64,000 bases of DNA from Octopus bimaculoides. Lineage: Eukaryota. The DNA lies in contig NC_068982.1 in the NCBI RefSeq assembly GCF_001194135.2, positions 153,630,371-153,694,370 on the forward strand. The letters run 5' to 3'. Position numbers and translations under genes: made by a program. The notes beneath the pieces are model-generated. The model was given only the letters and a program-made list of their open reading frames with translations, was not told the DNA's origin and searched no databases. Below are positions 1-12,688 of the stretch, one piece after another; the first letter of the stretch is position 1; each line of letters opens with the position of its first letter.

Positions 1-1
1 G

Positions 2-778
2 CGAAACCTTGGCATAACTGGTAAATTAGGAGAATGGCTGCATGACTTCCTGAATGGTAGAAGTCAGACAGTTGCAGCCAATGGAGAACTATCTAGGGAA
101 ACACAAATATTGAGCGGTGTTCCGCAAGGAACTGTCCTGGGGCCACTACTGTTCATAGTGGCCCTTCTGGACATGCCCACGGTCACTCGGAGAGCCACTG
201 TCACTAGCTACGCTGATGACACAAAACTATCTCAGGCAATAAAGAATCCTGATGATATTGTAAGCCTACAGAATGACCTAAATGCAATATATGAGTGGGC
301 AGAGCAAAACAATATGCAGTTCAATACGGAAAAATGTCAAGTTCTGCGCTAAAAGGCAACAAGTGCCTCCCAACTGGCATACACAGGACCTGGAGGTACT
401 GCAATCCCAGAACCACAAGCCGTGAGAGACCTAGGCATCAACATGTGTAGTGATGCATCATTCCACATGCACCTTGTCAAGTTGACAGCAAAGTGCAGAC
501 AGCTGGCGGGGTGGATACTGAGGACATTCCATACAAGGGATCAAAAAGTCATGTTGACTCTATGGAAGACATTTGTCCTGAGCCGCCTAGACTATTGCTC
601 TCAGTTGTGGTCACCACACAGTGTCAAACGGACAGCAGAACTCGAGGTAATTCAGCGGCACTATACAAAAAAGATCGCCACAATCCAGCAGATGAACTAC
701 AGGGAGCGACTGCAGGCACTAGGTCTCTATTCCCTGGAACGCAGGCGGGAGAGATATGTAATAATATACATATGGAAA
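2..778 (+). mobile_element. CR1/L2/Jockey-group non-LTR retrotransposon ORF2 fragment (RT domain C-terminal half)
   Basis: One frame from 2 to the gap reads LGEWLHDFLNGRSQTV...SGVPQGTVLGPLLF...YADDTKL...WAEQNNMQFNTEKC, then one in-frame TAA (350-352), then VRDLGI...RLDYCSQLWSP...LYSLERRRERY. It is truncated by the window edge and the N-gap. Confidence 0.92.
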
Positions 779-1388
779 NNNNNNNNNNNNNNNNNNNNNN
801 NNNNNNNNNNNNNNNNNNNNNNNNNNNNNNNNNNNNNNNNNNNNNNNNNNNNNNNNNNNNNNNNNNNNNNNNNNNNNNNNNNNNNNNNNNNNNNNNNNNN
901 NNNNNNNNNNNNNNNNNNNNNNNNNNNNNNNNNNNNNNNNNNNNNNNNNNNNNNNNNNNNNNNNNNNNNNNNNNNNNNNNNNNNNNNNNNNNNNNNNNNN
1001 NNNNNNNNNNNNNNNNNNNNNNNNNNNNNNNNNNNNNNNNNNNNNNNNNNNNNNNNNNNNNNNNNNNNNNNNNNNNNNNNNNNNNNNNNNNNNNNNNNNN
1101 NNNNNNNNNNNNNNNNNNNNNNNNNNNNNNNNNNNNNNNNNNNNNNNNNNNNNNNNNNNNNNNNNNNNNNNNNNNNNNNNNNNNNNNNNNNNNNNNNNNN
1201 NNNNNNNNNNNNNNNNNNNNNNNNNNNNNNNNNNNNNNNNNNNNNNNNNNNNNNNNNNNNNNNNNNNNNNNNNNNNNNNNNNNNNNNNNNNNNNNNNNNN
1301 NNNNNNNNNNNNNNNNNNNNNNNNNNNNNNNNNNNNNNNNNNNNNNNNNNNNNNNNNNNNATATATATATATATATATATATATATCC

Positions 1389-2045
1389 ACTAGGGGAAGT
1401 CAAAAATTATCCGCACTCTTACCAAAACTTCCTTGAGGTTAGCCACACCGAATTCAGAGATCGTGCCCCAGAAAGTGGTCTGGATGCGGTTACGCAACCA
1501 TGGTGTGACCTTGATTCTTCTAGTTTTTTGTTTGTTTGTTTTTTGTTTTGTTTTTTGCATGTGTGTGTTTCAGTGTAAACATGGCCGTTCCGCTGGAAGT
1601 GTGTACCAAGGAAGAACAAAGATCATTGATCCGATTTCCTTGATCTGAAAGTGTGTCAGGGGCTAAAATTCATCGCAGGCTTTCAGCAAAATACGTGGAC
1701 AACGCTAAAGTGCGTAGAAGTGTGTAGTATGAGTGAATTGAGAAGTTTAAAACGAGCCACAGAAGCGTTAAGCATGAAGAGGGGACAGGACGTCCATCGA
1801 TCTCTAGTACTGACGTGAAAATTCAACAAGCTTCAAAGATGCTTCTGGCGAAACCAGCGAGTCACCATCGGTGAAGTGGTATGTTCTCTGTAAATTATCC
1901 TTGATGCTGCATACGAAATCATCCACGATAAACTTCAGTTCAGTAAAGTCTATGCGACATGAAGGCCAGAACCGAGATTAACGATATACATAAGTGCAAT
2001 CGTGTGAAGGTCTGTCAAAGCTTGCTTGACTACTACATCGACTAC
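1389..2045 (+). mobile_element. mariner transposon 5' part (TIR-like end plus HTH region), pseudogenised
   Basis: Begins with the TIR-like GGGGAAGTCAAAAATTATCCGCA next to a (TA)n run. From ATG 1581 it reads MAVPLEVCTKEEQRSLIRF*SESVSGAKIHRRLS...YE*IEKFK...GRPS...QRVTIGEV...YEIIHDKLQFSKV, the typical mariner N-terminus with GRP motif. No catalytic domain is present. Confidence 0.85.
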
Positions 2046-2547
2046 GACCTAGTATCATCTGCTGTTGGGGTATATTTCCGTTGGGCCCACTTCAGGAGCC
2101 CCACAGTGTTAGTTGAGATAATGAAAATTGATTAAGCAACCAGAAGATGGATTTGGTATTAAGTTTAATTTTGTACCACGACCGTTTCGACCCATCCTGC
2201 TACTGTCCCTCATGGATAGAACTCCGTTCAACAAGTTGCGTTGCATCCATTATGCAGTGTGGGTGAACCAGACTCAATTGAATAGGGTACGTAAAATTGT
2301 GACACCCAGACTCAGGTCAATAAGGTACTTAAACTTGAGGCACATTGTTAGGTCGGAATAAAATGTACACGCAACAATTTTTATATGAATACCAACCTTG
2401 GCACATACCTAATGGCAGAATGATATTCGGGTTATATATGCAGTCAATCTAACCCACCTGAGTATATATAATCCGCTCTACAGCTATTCAGAGATATACA
2501 TTTTATTAAATATACAGTTCATAATATACTTCAGAACACTCCTAATA

Positions 2548-2611
2548 CCGCGGCTTACCTCAGCACATGTTCTATTGCGATCGAATACACATGTGCTCAG
2601 GTAAGCTGCGG
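2548..2611. repeat. GC-rich hairpin, 23-bp stem and 18-nt loop
   Basis: CCGCGGCTTACCTCAGCACATGT pairs with ACATGTGCTCAGGTAAGCTGCGG: 21 Watson-Crick pairs, 1 GU, 1 mismatch. Confidence 0.85.
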
Positions 2612-2715
2612 AATTCGTTGTTGGAGGTATCGGGGATATTTATATGTATTTATGGTCTTGCGTTTACTTTCCTGTGGGTATGTATAACTATCTCATTAAT
2701 ATCCTGTATATATGC

Positions 2716-2767
2716 TCTACTGATGAGGAAAAGTCGCTGGGAAAATCCAGAAATTAGCTAATCCGTA
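2716..2767 (+). ncRNA. hammerhead-ribozyme-like motif (stem I degenerate)
   Basis: CTGATGA (2720-2726), stem II GGA/TCC, GAAA (2750-2753), palindrome ATTAGCTAAT, AUC triplet. Stem I does not pair. Confidence 0.4.
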
Positions 2768-2959
2768 TTATTATTAATTGTCGTTAGCTTCCTCACTCGA
2801 TTTCAACACGTGTGTAAATTTGTGATTTTTAAAGTGGTGAGACGATTTAGCGTCTATTTTCAGCATATAGTCTAGAATTTTTTTCTACGCCCCTAATTAT
2901 AATTCTATTTTTTTATATGCTGACCACTAATAAACTTTTTTTCAGATTATCATTTATTA

Positions 2960-3038
2960 TTACATATATACGTATATGTGTCTGTGTGTGTATACATATA
3001 TATTCGTATATATATATATATATATACAAATATATTTG

Positions 3039-3079
<41 letters not shown>

Positions 3080-3264
3080 ACATACATATGTATATATATA
3101 TATATGTATATATATATGTATATATATATACATATATATACGTATATATAAACACATTTATACATACATGTATACATACATACATACATACACACACACA
3201 TACATACATACATACATACATACATACATACATACATACATACATACATACATACATACATACA
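2960..3264. repeat. (TA)n/(TACA)n microsatellite block
   Basis: Directly visible. Confidence 0.95.
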
Positions 3265-3999
3265 TGTAGATATTTATTTGTAAAAAGTTACAAACTTACA
3301 TTAGCAGTAATTATTCTGTGCTGGAGTCCTTTATGGCAGCTTATTGACAGATTCAAAATTTTAAAAACATGTCGGAAGTGTCCACATCAATAATGAATTC
3401 AAATCCGGACTAAAGTGACAGTAAAAACAACATAAGTCTACAATTCACAGCTTCCGAAAGTTTTCAATTATTTACATTATGATTATTCAGTTGTAAGCGT
3501 AAAGACATTTACAATCTATACTGGAATAAGTCGTACACACAGTATAATGTCTGAGATGATATAACATAAGAGAATCAGAAACGGGGAGGTAATAAAAACT
3601 ATACATTCATATATGTTGAGAATACGAATTTTTATGTCTAACTCAGATGTGAGACAGAGACTTCAAATTTTGTTGAAGAACAGATTAACTTAGTTATGGA
3701 TAAAATGCTTGCAACAGTCACAAGGCAAACGATTCCGTCTGTTCCAAAAGCACAAGGCCTACTGGGAGATTCCACACAGTTTCCTTCTCGTAAGTTCCAT
3801 TCACAAGGCATTTGTCAAATTAAGACAATGATAATAATAGAATACATTTCCCTCCTAACATAACCTCCATATCAAGGGCTACAATGTTAGTCACAGACCA
3901 AACCAATCTCCTTTAAAGATTTATCAATAGCTTAACTCACAACACGGGACAATAATTATAACAGGACTTCAAAGTTAAGGAGCAACACGTAACTATTAC

Positions 4000-4242
4000 A
4001 ATAGCCCCGGTCGACTAAAGCCTTGTAAAGTAATTTCGTAGTCAAAAACTGGAAGGAAGCCTGTTGTATATGTGCGTTATGTTTTTGTTGTATTTGCCAC
4101 CGCTGTTGTTGAACAACTGGTACTAGAAGATATGACAGATTAAAAAAGAATATAGGTACTGGATTCGATTTGTTCAGCTAAACACTTAACGGTTGTGAAC
4201 CAGCATGGCTGTAGACTAATAGCTGAAACAAGTAAAAGATAT
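4000..4242 (+). mobile_element. SINE family A, degraded 3' portion
   Basis: Aligns by eye to 13620-13950 (ACTAAAGCCTTGT...GAAGGAAGCC...CCAGCATGGCTG...CTGAAACAAGTAAAAG). Confidence 0.75.
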
Positions 4243-5374
4243 TTATGTTTTCTTTTGATTTGTTTTATGTGCTAAAAACAACTTCTGTGATGTTTAAGTT
4301 TCTTTCATCCTTTTCAGATGAAGCCACGTGACAAAAATTAAAACTGTATGTGTGTGAGCGCTCACGTGCAGTTATTTCTATACTAAAAACAAGCTGACTA
4401 CAATGGAGTGCAACGGACATTGACTATAAAAGTTTTCACCCTGAAACTCTATCAATATAAAATTATTATTAAGCTGATCAGGTTCAGGATTATAATGCAT
4501 ATCATCTCAACTAAGAAATTATCAAATCGACTTGAGGAGAGTTTGAGCAAGTTTTGCTTATCAATATGCGTTTGTAGCTGATAATACGATAGAAAAATCA
4601 TATGAATAGAAAAATAGTAGTGGAAAACTGCGTAATGGACAAGATATAAGAAAGGATGAAAATGGATCGATAAGAAATCAGATGGTGTGGAACACGAAGA
4701 AGTTTAAATCATTGATAACGCGAATTGTTTAAGTGAACGGTTGTGTTGGAATGAATATATGAAATAGGGTGTAATCTTATTATGTTTAAGCATTTCGTGG
4801 AATTTTCTTATTGAAAAGAAATTGCTTGGAAATGGTAACAAGTCACACTAGCTAAATCCAACTGATGCATCAGATAAAGATTTTGGTATATACAAGCGTT
4901 TTTAAAGCATTTACATAAAGAAGGCTACTCTGTGTGGTGATTAAGAAAGGAATACTGGACAACAATATTTCAAACGATTCACATCTTCAATGTCAATAGG
5001 ACTTGTTGAAATAAGTATAAATTTGGCCAAAGATTATTCTCTGCTTGCTTTCATATTTCTTATTTAATAATCTAAGTTTATTTTTCAAATTAACAAAATT
5101 TTGCTGGAAAAGATATCCAAGTTAAAAAAAAATAAATTTAGGTTAGTCCTTTAGTCATCGAACTGTGGTCACTTTGGAGTACCGCCATCCGTCACTAGTC
5201 ATTCATGGGGATGCAAGTACTTATGTCAGCTTTCTCTTTATCGTTCTGTATTTGAAAATCAGTGAAATCGCACATAAGATGCAAAATTAATGACAAACTT
5301 CGCGTTTACACTTATACATGTGTGTCGATGCGTGTGTTTTTTATGTGCGTGTGTGTGTGTGCGCACGCGCGTAC

Positions 5375-5406
<32 letters not shown>

Positions 5407-6087
5407 AGACATCTGTGCATATATGTATGTGTGTGTCTGTGTAACATCAGCAAACCTAGAGTAAAATGAAATCAGACAATGTCTGGAATAGAGAAAAAAA
5501 ATATTACCTCAACTTAGGAAACTTAAATAGGTTTCAGTTGCTATACTTTGATGCAAACAAGTTTTAAAGCTTAACTTAGAGTATTAATCAACGAAATTTG
5601 CATATGCGAATATTTTGTCAGATTTTTTTGAAATTACAGAGAAACTGTTTTTTAGTACAACCGGGAGAAAATCAATCAACCAAGTAAATAATTTAAATAG
5701 TAATTCTCTTAAAAGAGGTGTTCCTCTATTTTGAAATGTTACTGATCTGATAGATCTGAAAAATACAAATTGCATCATTGATGTTGGGTTCAGGAAAAGG
5801 TTGATTTAATACTCTATGAAGGTGTCCAACGTAATTTATTCATAATGATCTCATAGATATTTTCAAGGTATTTCCATTTATCTCGTTCTCCGGTTCTCTC
5901 TTCCTAAATACATACATACATACATACAAACAAACAAACAAACAAACATACATACATACATACATACATACATACATACATACATCAAGGGGCCTTGGAT
6001 CTAGGTTAGAAACCCACTCTTTCCCTATTGGCAAGAAATTTTGAAATAAAACTGAAAAATGACATACGTACATACATAAATATTTAT

Positions 6088-6188
6088 AGAGAGAGAGAGA
6101 GTGGGAGAGGGGAGAGAGGGAGAGACAGGGAGAGACAGAGAGACAGGGAGAGACAGAGAGACAGGGAGAGACAGAGAGAGTGAGTGAG
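6088..6188. repeat. GA-rich 18-bp tandem repeat (GGAGAGACAGAGAGACAG)n
   Basis: Directly visible. Confidence 0.85.
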
Positions 6189-6933
6189 AAGATAAGAATG
6201 GAGCAATAATTAACAATGAGAAGTGGATGTAAGCCTTTAGCTTTAACGAACTCTTTTCTTTTTCTTTTTTCTTTTTCTTTCTTTGCCTTTCTTTTCCCCC
6301 TAATCATTCTGTAGGTGTTTATTAAATGTAACGAGGTAAATGTAAATGTAAATGTACTTCAATTTGATAAACAGAAACAGCTGTAAATGTTCCAAGTTCA
6401 ATTAAATAATGACTTTTAAACACCAATGATCCACTTCTCAATGTTAATTATTGCTCTATTTCTTACCTTCTCTATATATATTAAACCACACTTTTACCTT
6501 TAAACTAATTACTACCATATATCTTATAACGAGGACTATACATAGTCCGGACTGCCTACGGATACATCTATCCCTTAGATGGTTGCATAACCTCTAACTT
6601 ATAACTTGCTATATATATATATATATNNNNNNNNNNNNNNNNNNNNNNNNNNNNNNNNNNNNNNNNNNNNNNNNNNNNNNNNNNNNNNNNNNNNNNNNNN
6701 NNNNNNNNNNNNNNNNNNNNNNNNNNNNNNNNNNNNNNNNNNNNNNNNNNNNNNNNNNNNNNNNNNNNNNNNNNNNNNNNNNNNNNNNNNNNNNNNNNNN
6801 NNNNNNNNNNNNNNNNNNATATATAATTAATAATAGGATGAATACTTTTATAAGAATTTATCAGGTAGCTAGCGTGAAAAAAAGAACTTAAATGGGAAAA
6901 TCCATCATTTATTCCCCAAAATATATTTATTTA

Positions 6934-7232
6934 TATAGGGCATTACTATACATGAATGCCTCACGCTAAGAGGGACTCTAACGTCAAACTACCATAATAA
7001 ACACATTTTTACCGAACGCAAGAAAATGCAACTCTCAAAGCTAGCCCGACGAGTAGAAGTTGTATAATACTGCAATAACTACGAAATCATGATCTATAAT
7101 TTAGTCTGTTTTTAAGGGGCTAGCTTTGAGAGCTGCATTTCCTCGCGTTCGGTAAAAATGTGTTTATTATGGTAGTTTGACCTTAGAGTCCCTCTTAGCG
7201 TGAGGTATTCATGTATAGCAATGCCCTTATAT
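6934..7232. repeat. long inverted repeat, ~115-bp arms (6934-7047 / 7117-7232), ~70-bp spacer
   Basis: Arms are reverse complements with few mismatches, mostly transitions. The right arm runs into a gap. Confidence 0.92.
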
Positions 7233-7269
7233 NNNNNNNNNNTTTCTCTGCTTGTTTCTTTCTGTGTTC

Positions 7270-7305
7270 CTCTCTGTAGAAGAGCGTAGTCTCGAAACGT
7301 TAAAG
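7270..7305 (+). ncRNA. hammerhead-like motif, core variant CUGUAGA
   Basis: CTGTAGA-A-GAG-cgtagt-CTC-GAAAC-GTT-AAAG. Palindrome AACGTT. Stem I CTCT/AAAG has one mismatch. Confidence 0.5.
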
Positions 7306-7659
7306 ACTTTTTCAATTCCCGAGTGTTATACTAATACATCTGTTTGTTTTCTACACCACCTGTCATCGTCTTTTGTTTCTTTTTTTGTGAATTCTCCCTA
7401 TATATATATAATTATGATAATAATATTAGGGATAAAAATCCAAATTTACAGGGAAAAATTCAATTTAATTTAATTTATCAAAATTAATATTAAATTAAAT
7501 TTTACATTATATAATATATAAATATATAATTTAGAGAAAAAAACACAATTATTGAATTCATCCATAAAAATCCACAGTCACATATAAAAAATTAAATAAG
7601 TAAATACACTAAAAACACCTATAATAAAATACAACGTAATAAATATTAAAATAATAGAA

Positions 7660-7695
7660 CGACTACACGTGTTTCATAACCACATTTTCAAATAG
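7660..7695 (-). ncRNA. degenerate hammerhead-like motif, UUGAAAA core
   Basis: Minus strand reads CTAT-TTGAAAA-tgtggttat-GAAAC-ACGT-GTA-GTCG, with palindrome ACACGTGT. Stems I and II are weak. Confidence 0.3.
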
Positions 7696-8383
7696 AAAAT
7701 GAAATAAAAATAAAATCGATTGAAATGAATTCAAAATAAATGGATCAAAAATCAATTCAATTCAAAAATGTAGCTAATCTTCGGCGCATACAATAATAAT
7801 GATAATAAAATGAATGCATATATATCGACTAACAATAAATATCAAATGAATTTATATAAAAATACTTATTTTACCAATAAATAAAAGAAAAACATTTAAC
7901 AATATTACTGAAAATAAACGCAATACTTGTCTTATCGAAACTTTAGTTTAAACTAAAATTTTAAACGTTATACTATCAACTTAGCGTTTATTAGAATTAA
8001 GTCGCGTGAAAATATGGCGTAAAGAAAAGTAATAGAATAAAGAGATATAAACATGAATGAAAGTTTTATTTATGTAATCAAAATGTATTTTAGCTTTAAT
8101 CATAATAAAAAATTAACTGTATTATAAACATTTCCTGGAAATTTTAAAATCTAATTAATGCGGAGTTTAATTTTTTTGGTCAAAACCGAAACAACTATAA
8201 GTGAACATGTTGAATTTTTGCAGTTAATAAATGTTATTAACGCTACCACTACATTTTCTGGATTTAAATTTGTGTGTGTGTGTGTGTNNNNNNNNNNNNN
8301 NNNNNNNNNNNNNNNNNNNNNNNNNNNNNNNNNNNNNNNNNNNNNNNNNNNNNNNNNNNNNNNNNNNNNNNNNNNNNNNNNNN

Positions 8384-8437
<54 letters not shown>

Positions 8438-9329
8438 ATGTGCGCGCGCGCGTGAGTTAGAGGACGTATTATGGCAATATTTACGAACAGGAGGAAGAGT
8501 ACTTCCTATTGGACATATATTTTCATGATAAATTAAAATTCATATCAATAACTGAGATATTATGTCAATAAAACTTTACCTCGCTTTCTCCAGGGGGTGG
8601 ACAGCGATTGAAATGCAGATGACGGGCGGACATTATTTTGATTTGTGCAGTATAAATTTCGCTTATACTATTTTGAAGAGCTGTTTTAGAAATGTTTTGA
8701 AAATAAAATTCAAATACAAGAAATGATTTTGTGACAGAATGCGACAGTGATCGACTGAAACAAAAATTGTGACTTATGGTTGTGGAAAATAGAATTGCAC
8801 ATTTATTTTAAATATTCAATGGTGAACCTGTGATTGATCAGAAAAACTGCTGGTATCATACATAAAGGATATGGAACTTGAATTCTGCGGAAGGACGAAA
8901 ATATTATTAAAGTTTGAAAAGTATATCCACAGAATTAATTATAGGTACCTCAAAATATTAAGCTATTTTTTATCTATGTATTATTTTAGAGGGAGATTTC
9001 TTTATACGGCACAAAACCAACAAGTCTCTATTTTGTTTCTGTAGAATTTGATGATTTATAGTAAATTACGCTTTACATAATTATTGCATTGAAAATTCTC
9101 ATTTGTAAATAAATGTGTAAGTACTTCTAATTCGATCTGTCAATCGGTTAGCAATTATTCCAATATAAGCGGGGTCGTTTTTATCTCTTTCTCTCTCTTA
9201 TTCTTCTACCTCCTCTTCTCCCACTATTCTTTGCTATTACTCTGTCACTCTCTCTCCCTCACTCCACCTCCCTTGTTCAAGTGGCTCCCACGTGACAATC
9301 GGCCATCTTTCTTTCTTCTCTCAACTTGC

Positions 9330-9995
9330 GTTTCCTTCTTTCTCTCCGTTGTAGCTGGAACAAGGAAGACGTGTTCTTGTCTGTCTCCTGTCCAAGCTTG
9401 ATTTACGCGTTCGCCACCACAACCTCGTTTAGGCTTAGCAGCTCTTCCTGTTTGCTTTCACTATCCTGTTTGTGTTACCAAGTTTGACCCTCCGCAAAGT
9501 CCCAAATTTTATTTAATTTGCTTTATGAGAGAAACTGTTATATCGAAAGCTTAATTTGTTTTAAATGCTCGAAATACGAGAGTAGAAAAACAAGCCAGCA
9601 ACAGATAAAGGGTCGTTCTTTTGTTATTTGACTTGTTTTCCATTTCTGTCTTTCGTTGTTCGAAAAAATAGTTCATATTCCATGTACTCGTACTTCGTAA
9701 TTTTTTGTTGTACATTTCATGATGTCCTGTGCCCACACATACATATATATACACTTTTACTTGTTTCAGTCATTTGACTGCGGCCATGCTGGAGCACCGC
9801 CTTGCCTTTATAGTCGAGCAAATCGACTCCAGAGCTTATTCTTTGTGAGCATAGTACTTATTCTATCGGTATCTTTTGCCGAACCGCTGGTGTAACGGGG
9901 ACGTAAACACACCAGCATTGGTTGCCAAGCGATGCTGCGGGAACAAACAGACACATAAACATATACACAAACATGCATATCTCTCTCTCTCTCTA

Positions 9996-10067
<72 letters not shown>

Positions 10068-10339
10068 NNNNNNNNNNNNNNNNNNNNNNNNNNNNNNNNN
10101 NNNNNNNNNNNNNNNNNNNNNNNNNNNNNNNNNNNNNNNNNNNNNNNNNNNNNNNNNNNNNNNNNNNNNNNNNNNNNNNNNNNNNNNNNNNNNNNNNNNN
10201 NNNNNNNNNNNNNNNNNNNNNNNNNNNNNNNNNNNNNNNNNNNNNNNNNNNNNNNNNNNNNNNNNNNNNNNNNNNNNNNNNNNNNNNNNNNNNNNNNNNN
10301 NNNNNNNNNNNNNNNNNNNNNNNNNNNNNNNNNNNNGCG

Positions 10340-10380
<41 letters not shown>

Positions 10381-10473
10381 GTATAGATGTATGTACATAT
10401 ACGTATGTATATATGCATATATATTATTTATATTATTATATGATTGAACGCCACGCATCCTCTATCAAGTAAG

Positions 10474-10480
<7 letters not shown>
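9330..10480 (+). mobile_element. unclassified dispersed repeat (copy 1), interrupted by a SINE and a gap
   Basis: Colinear with 62950-63535 (CTCGTTTAGGCT.AGCAGCT...CCCAAATTTTATTTAATTTG...ATGCTCGAAATACG...GGTCGTTCTT...GTCCTGTGCCCA, and tail TATTATTTATATTATTATATGA.TGAACGCCA). Confidence 0.8.
9754..9975 (-). mobile_element. SINE family A, 3' half
   Basis: Reverse complement of the 13750-13950 segment (TTTTACTTGTTTCAGTCATTTGACTGCGGCCATGCTGGAGCACCGCC...). Confidence 0.9.
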
Positions 10481-10511
<31 letters not shown>

Positions 10512-11800
10512 TATGTGTGTGTGTGTGTGTGTGCGTGCGTGCGTTCGTGCGTGCGTGATGTTGATTTTTCAGTGCACATATTAGTCAAACAAATGCACAC
10601 ACAAAACAGCCATAAGTAACTGAGCGATAGAGAACAAAAACAAGACTGTTGCCTTTTCTGCGTGTATTCATGTTTCCTGACAAATATTGGCTAAAGAAAG
10701 TAAGCATGATCTAACTTCCTGTCATATAGACTATCACATTCGAATAACAGAAATTGCAATACGATTTTCGTATTGATGCGATACATTACTCTAAAACAAT
10801 ATTTGTTAAAGAATTGCTAGTGTAAAACAGCTGTATTTGGTTTCAAAATTCCCCAGCTGGAATGCAATTTTTCCTACACGCAATTTGTTAAGTGAATGGA
10901 GATCAACTACAAAATATCCGTCACCGTATGCCTATTACATTTTTGCTAGAATTCTCCATTCTTCAAACTTATAAAACTAATCAATATGGCTAGACCACAG
11001 ACAAATTAGTCATAATATATTGTGAAATCCCACTTCATAGCAGTATTACTATTCAGTCTCACTAAGTATAAAATAACTTGGATGATTCAAACTTGAGGTT
11101 AACAAGTCTATGGTTTTGTAATTCAGAGCTTCATCAAATTATTTGTAGGAAGGACTGTGACGTTAACTACAAGTGGAAGACAAGTAGCGAATATTCATTT
11201 TGAAGTGATATCAATTGTCACTTTCTTATTTGCAGTGAGAAATTGAATAAGTAAGTCAATGAGTTACCAAAGAAATGAAAATGTTAAAAAGCTGCTACGA
11301 CACACGCGCACGCGCGCATCCACGCGAATACACAATAACACGCGTATACAGACATATAAGTATCTGCATATGTGTATATATGTATATTTACTTAGACACA
11401 TATACACACACGTGTGTGTATACATATATATGCATGAATATCTTCAAAACCACAAATCTATACAAATGTATATATATATATATATATATATATATNNNNN
11501 NNNNNNNNNNNNNNNNNNNNNNNNNNNNNNNNNNNNNNNNNNNNNNNNNNNNNNNNNNNNNNNNNNNNNNNNNNNNNNNNNNNNNNNNNNNNNNNNNNNN
11601 NNNNNNNNNNNNNNNNNNNNNNNNNNNNNNNNNNNNNNNNNNNNNNNNNNNNNNNNNNNNNNNNNNNNNNNNNNNNNNNNNNNNNNNNNNNNNNNNNNNN
11701 NNNNNNNNNNNNNNNNNNNNNNNNNNNNNNNNNNNNNNNNNNNNNNNNNNNNNATTAGGCTGCAGCCACACATATCTATATACATACATACATAAATACA

Positions 11801-11845
<45 letters not shown>

Positions 11846-11848
<3 letters not shown>

Positions 11849-12123
11849 GGCACGATGCTTAGTATTTAGATTATTCGGTTCATGATCGTAAGGGTATGAG
11901 TTCGATTCCTGGCAGCGCGTTGTGCCTTTGAGCAAGACATTTTATTTCACTCTGCTCCAGTTCATTCGACTTCAAAACATGAGTAGTACCTGTGTTTCAA
12001 AGGGCCGGCCTTATCACATTTTGTGTCACGCTGAATGTCCCTGAGAACTGCTTTAACGATATCCACAGTCTTCCGTTGATTGGATCAACTGGAACACTCT
12101 TCATCGTAACTCACAGAGTGCTA
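11846..12123 (+). mobile_element. tRNA-headed SINE family C
   Basis: Degenerate A box, B box GAGTTCGATTCC, central TGAGCAAGACA...TGCTCCAGT domain, 3' part shared with families B/C. Confidence 0.85.
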
Positions 12124-12533
12124 GAAGAATATAAACCGGTGAACAAGGAGAGGAAATAGAACCAAATACACCTTTTTAAAAGCGTTATTTTGTATTTAGT
12201 GTTAGAATGTTTATAAGTATAATTGTTGTGCAATAGACTCTTGCCCCTTGAATGACATTTTTAACTTTCTGCCAAATATGATTTATAGATAGGTGCGAGC
12301 GTGCGTGTGTGTGTATGAGTGTCACACGGGACCGTGAAAACTGCTAGAAAGCAGGAAAATATACTATTCCCTATATATTTAATATTCAATATTTCATTTA
12401 TTCAATAAGAGATTCAATACTTCATTTCATTTTACTATATATACTATATATTCCATATTCTATATCCCACATTAATTCATTAATTTTATAAGAATATAAA
12501 TAAAACATAAAAAACAGAGTTGGATTTCTTTTG

Positions 12534-12582
<49 letters not shown>

Positions 12583-12618
12583 CATACATACATACATTAC
12601 ATACATACATACATACAG

Positions 12619-12688
<70 letters not shown>

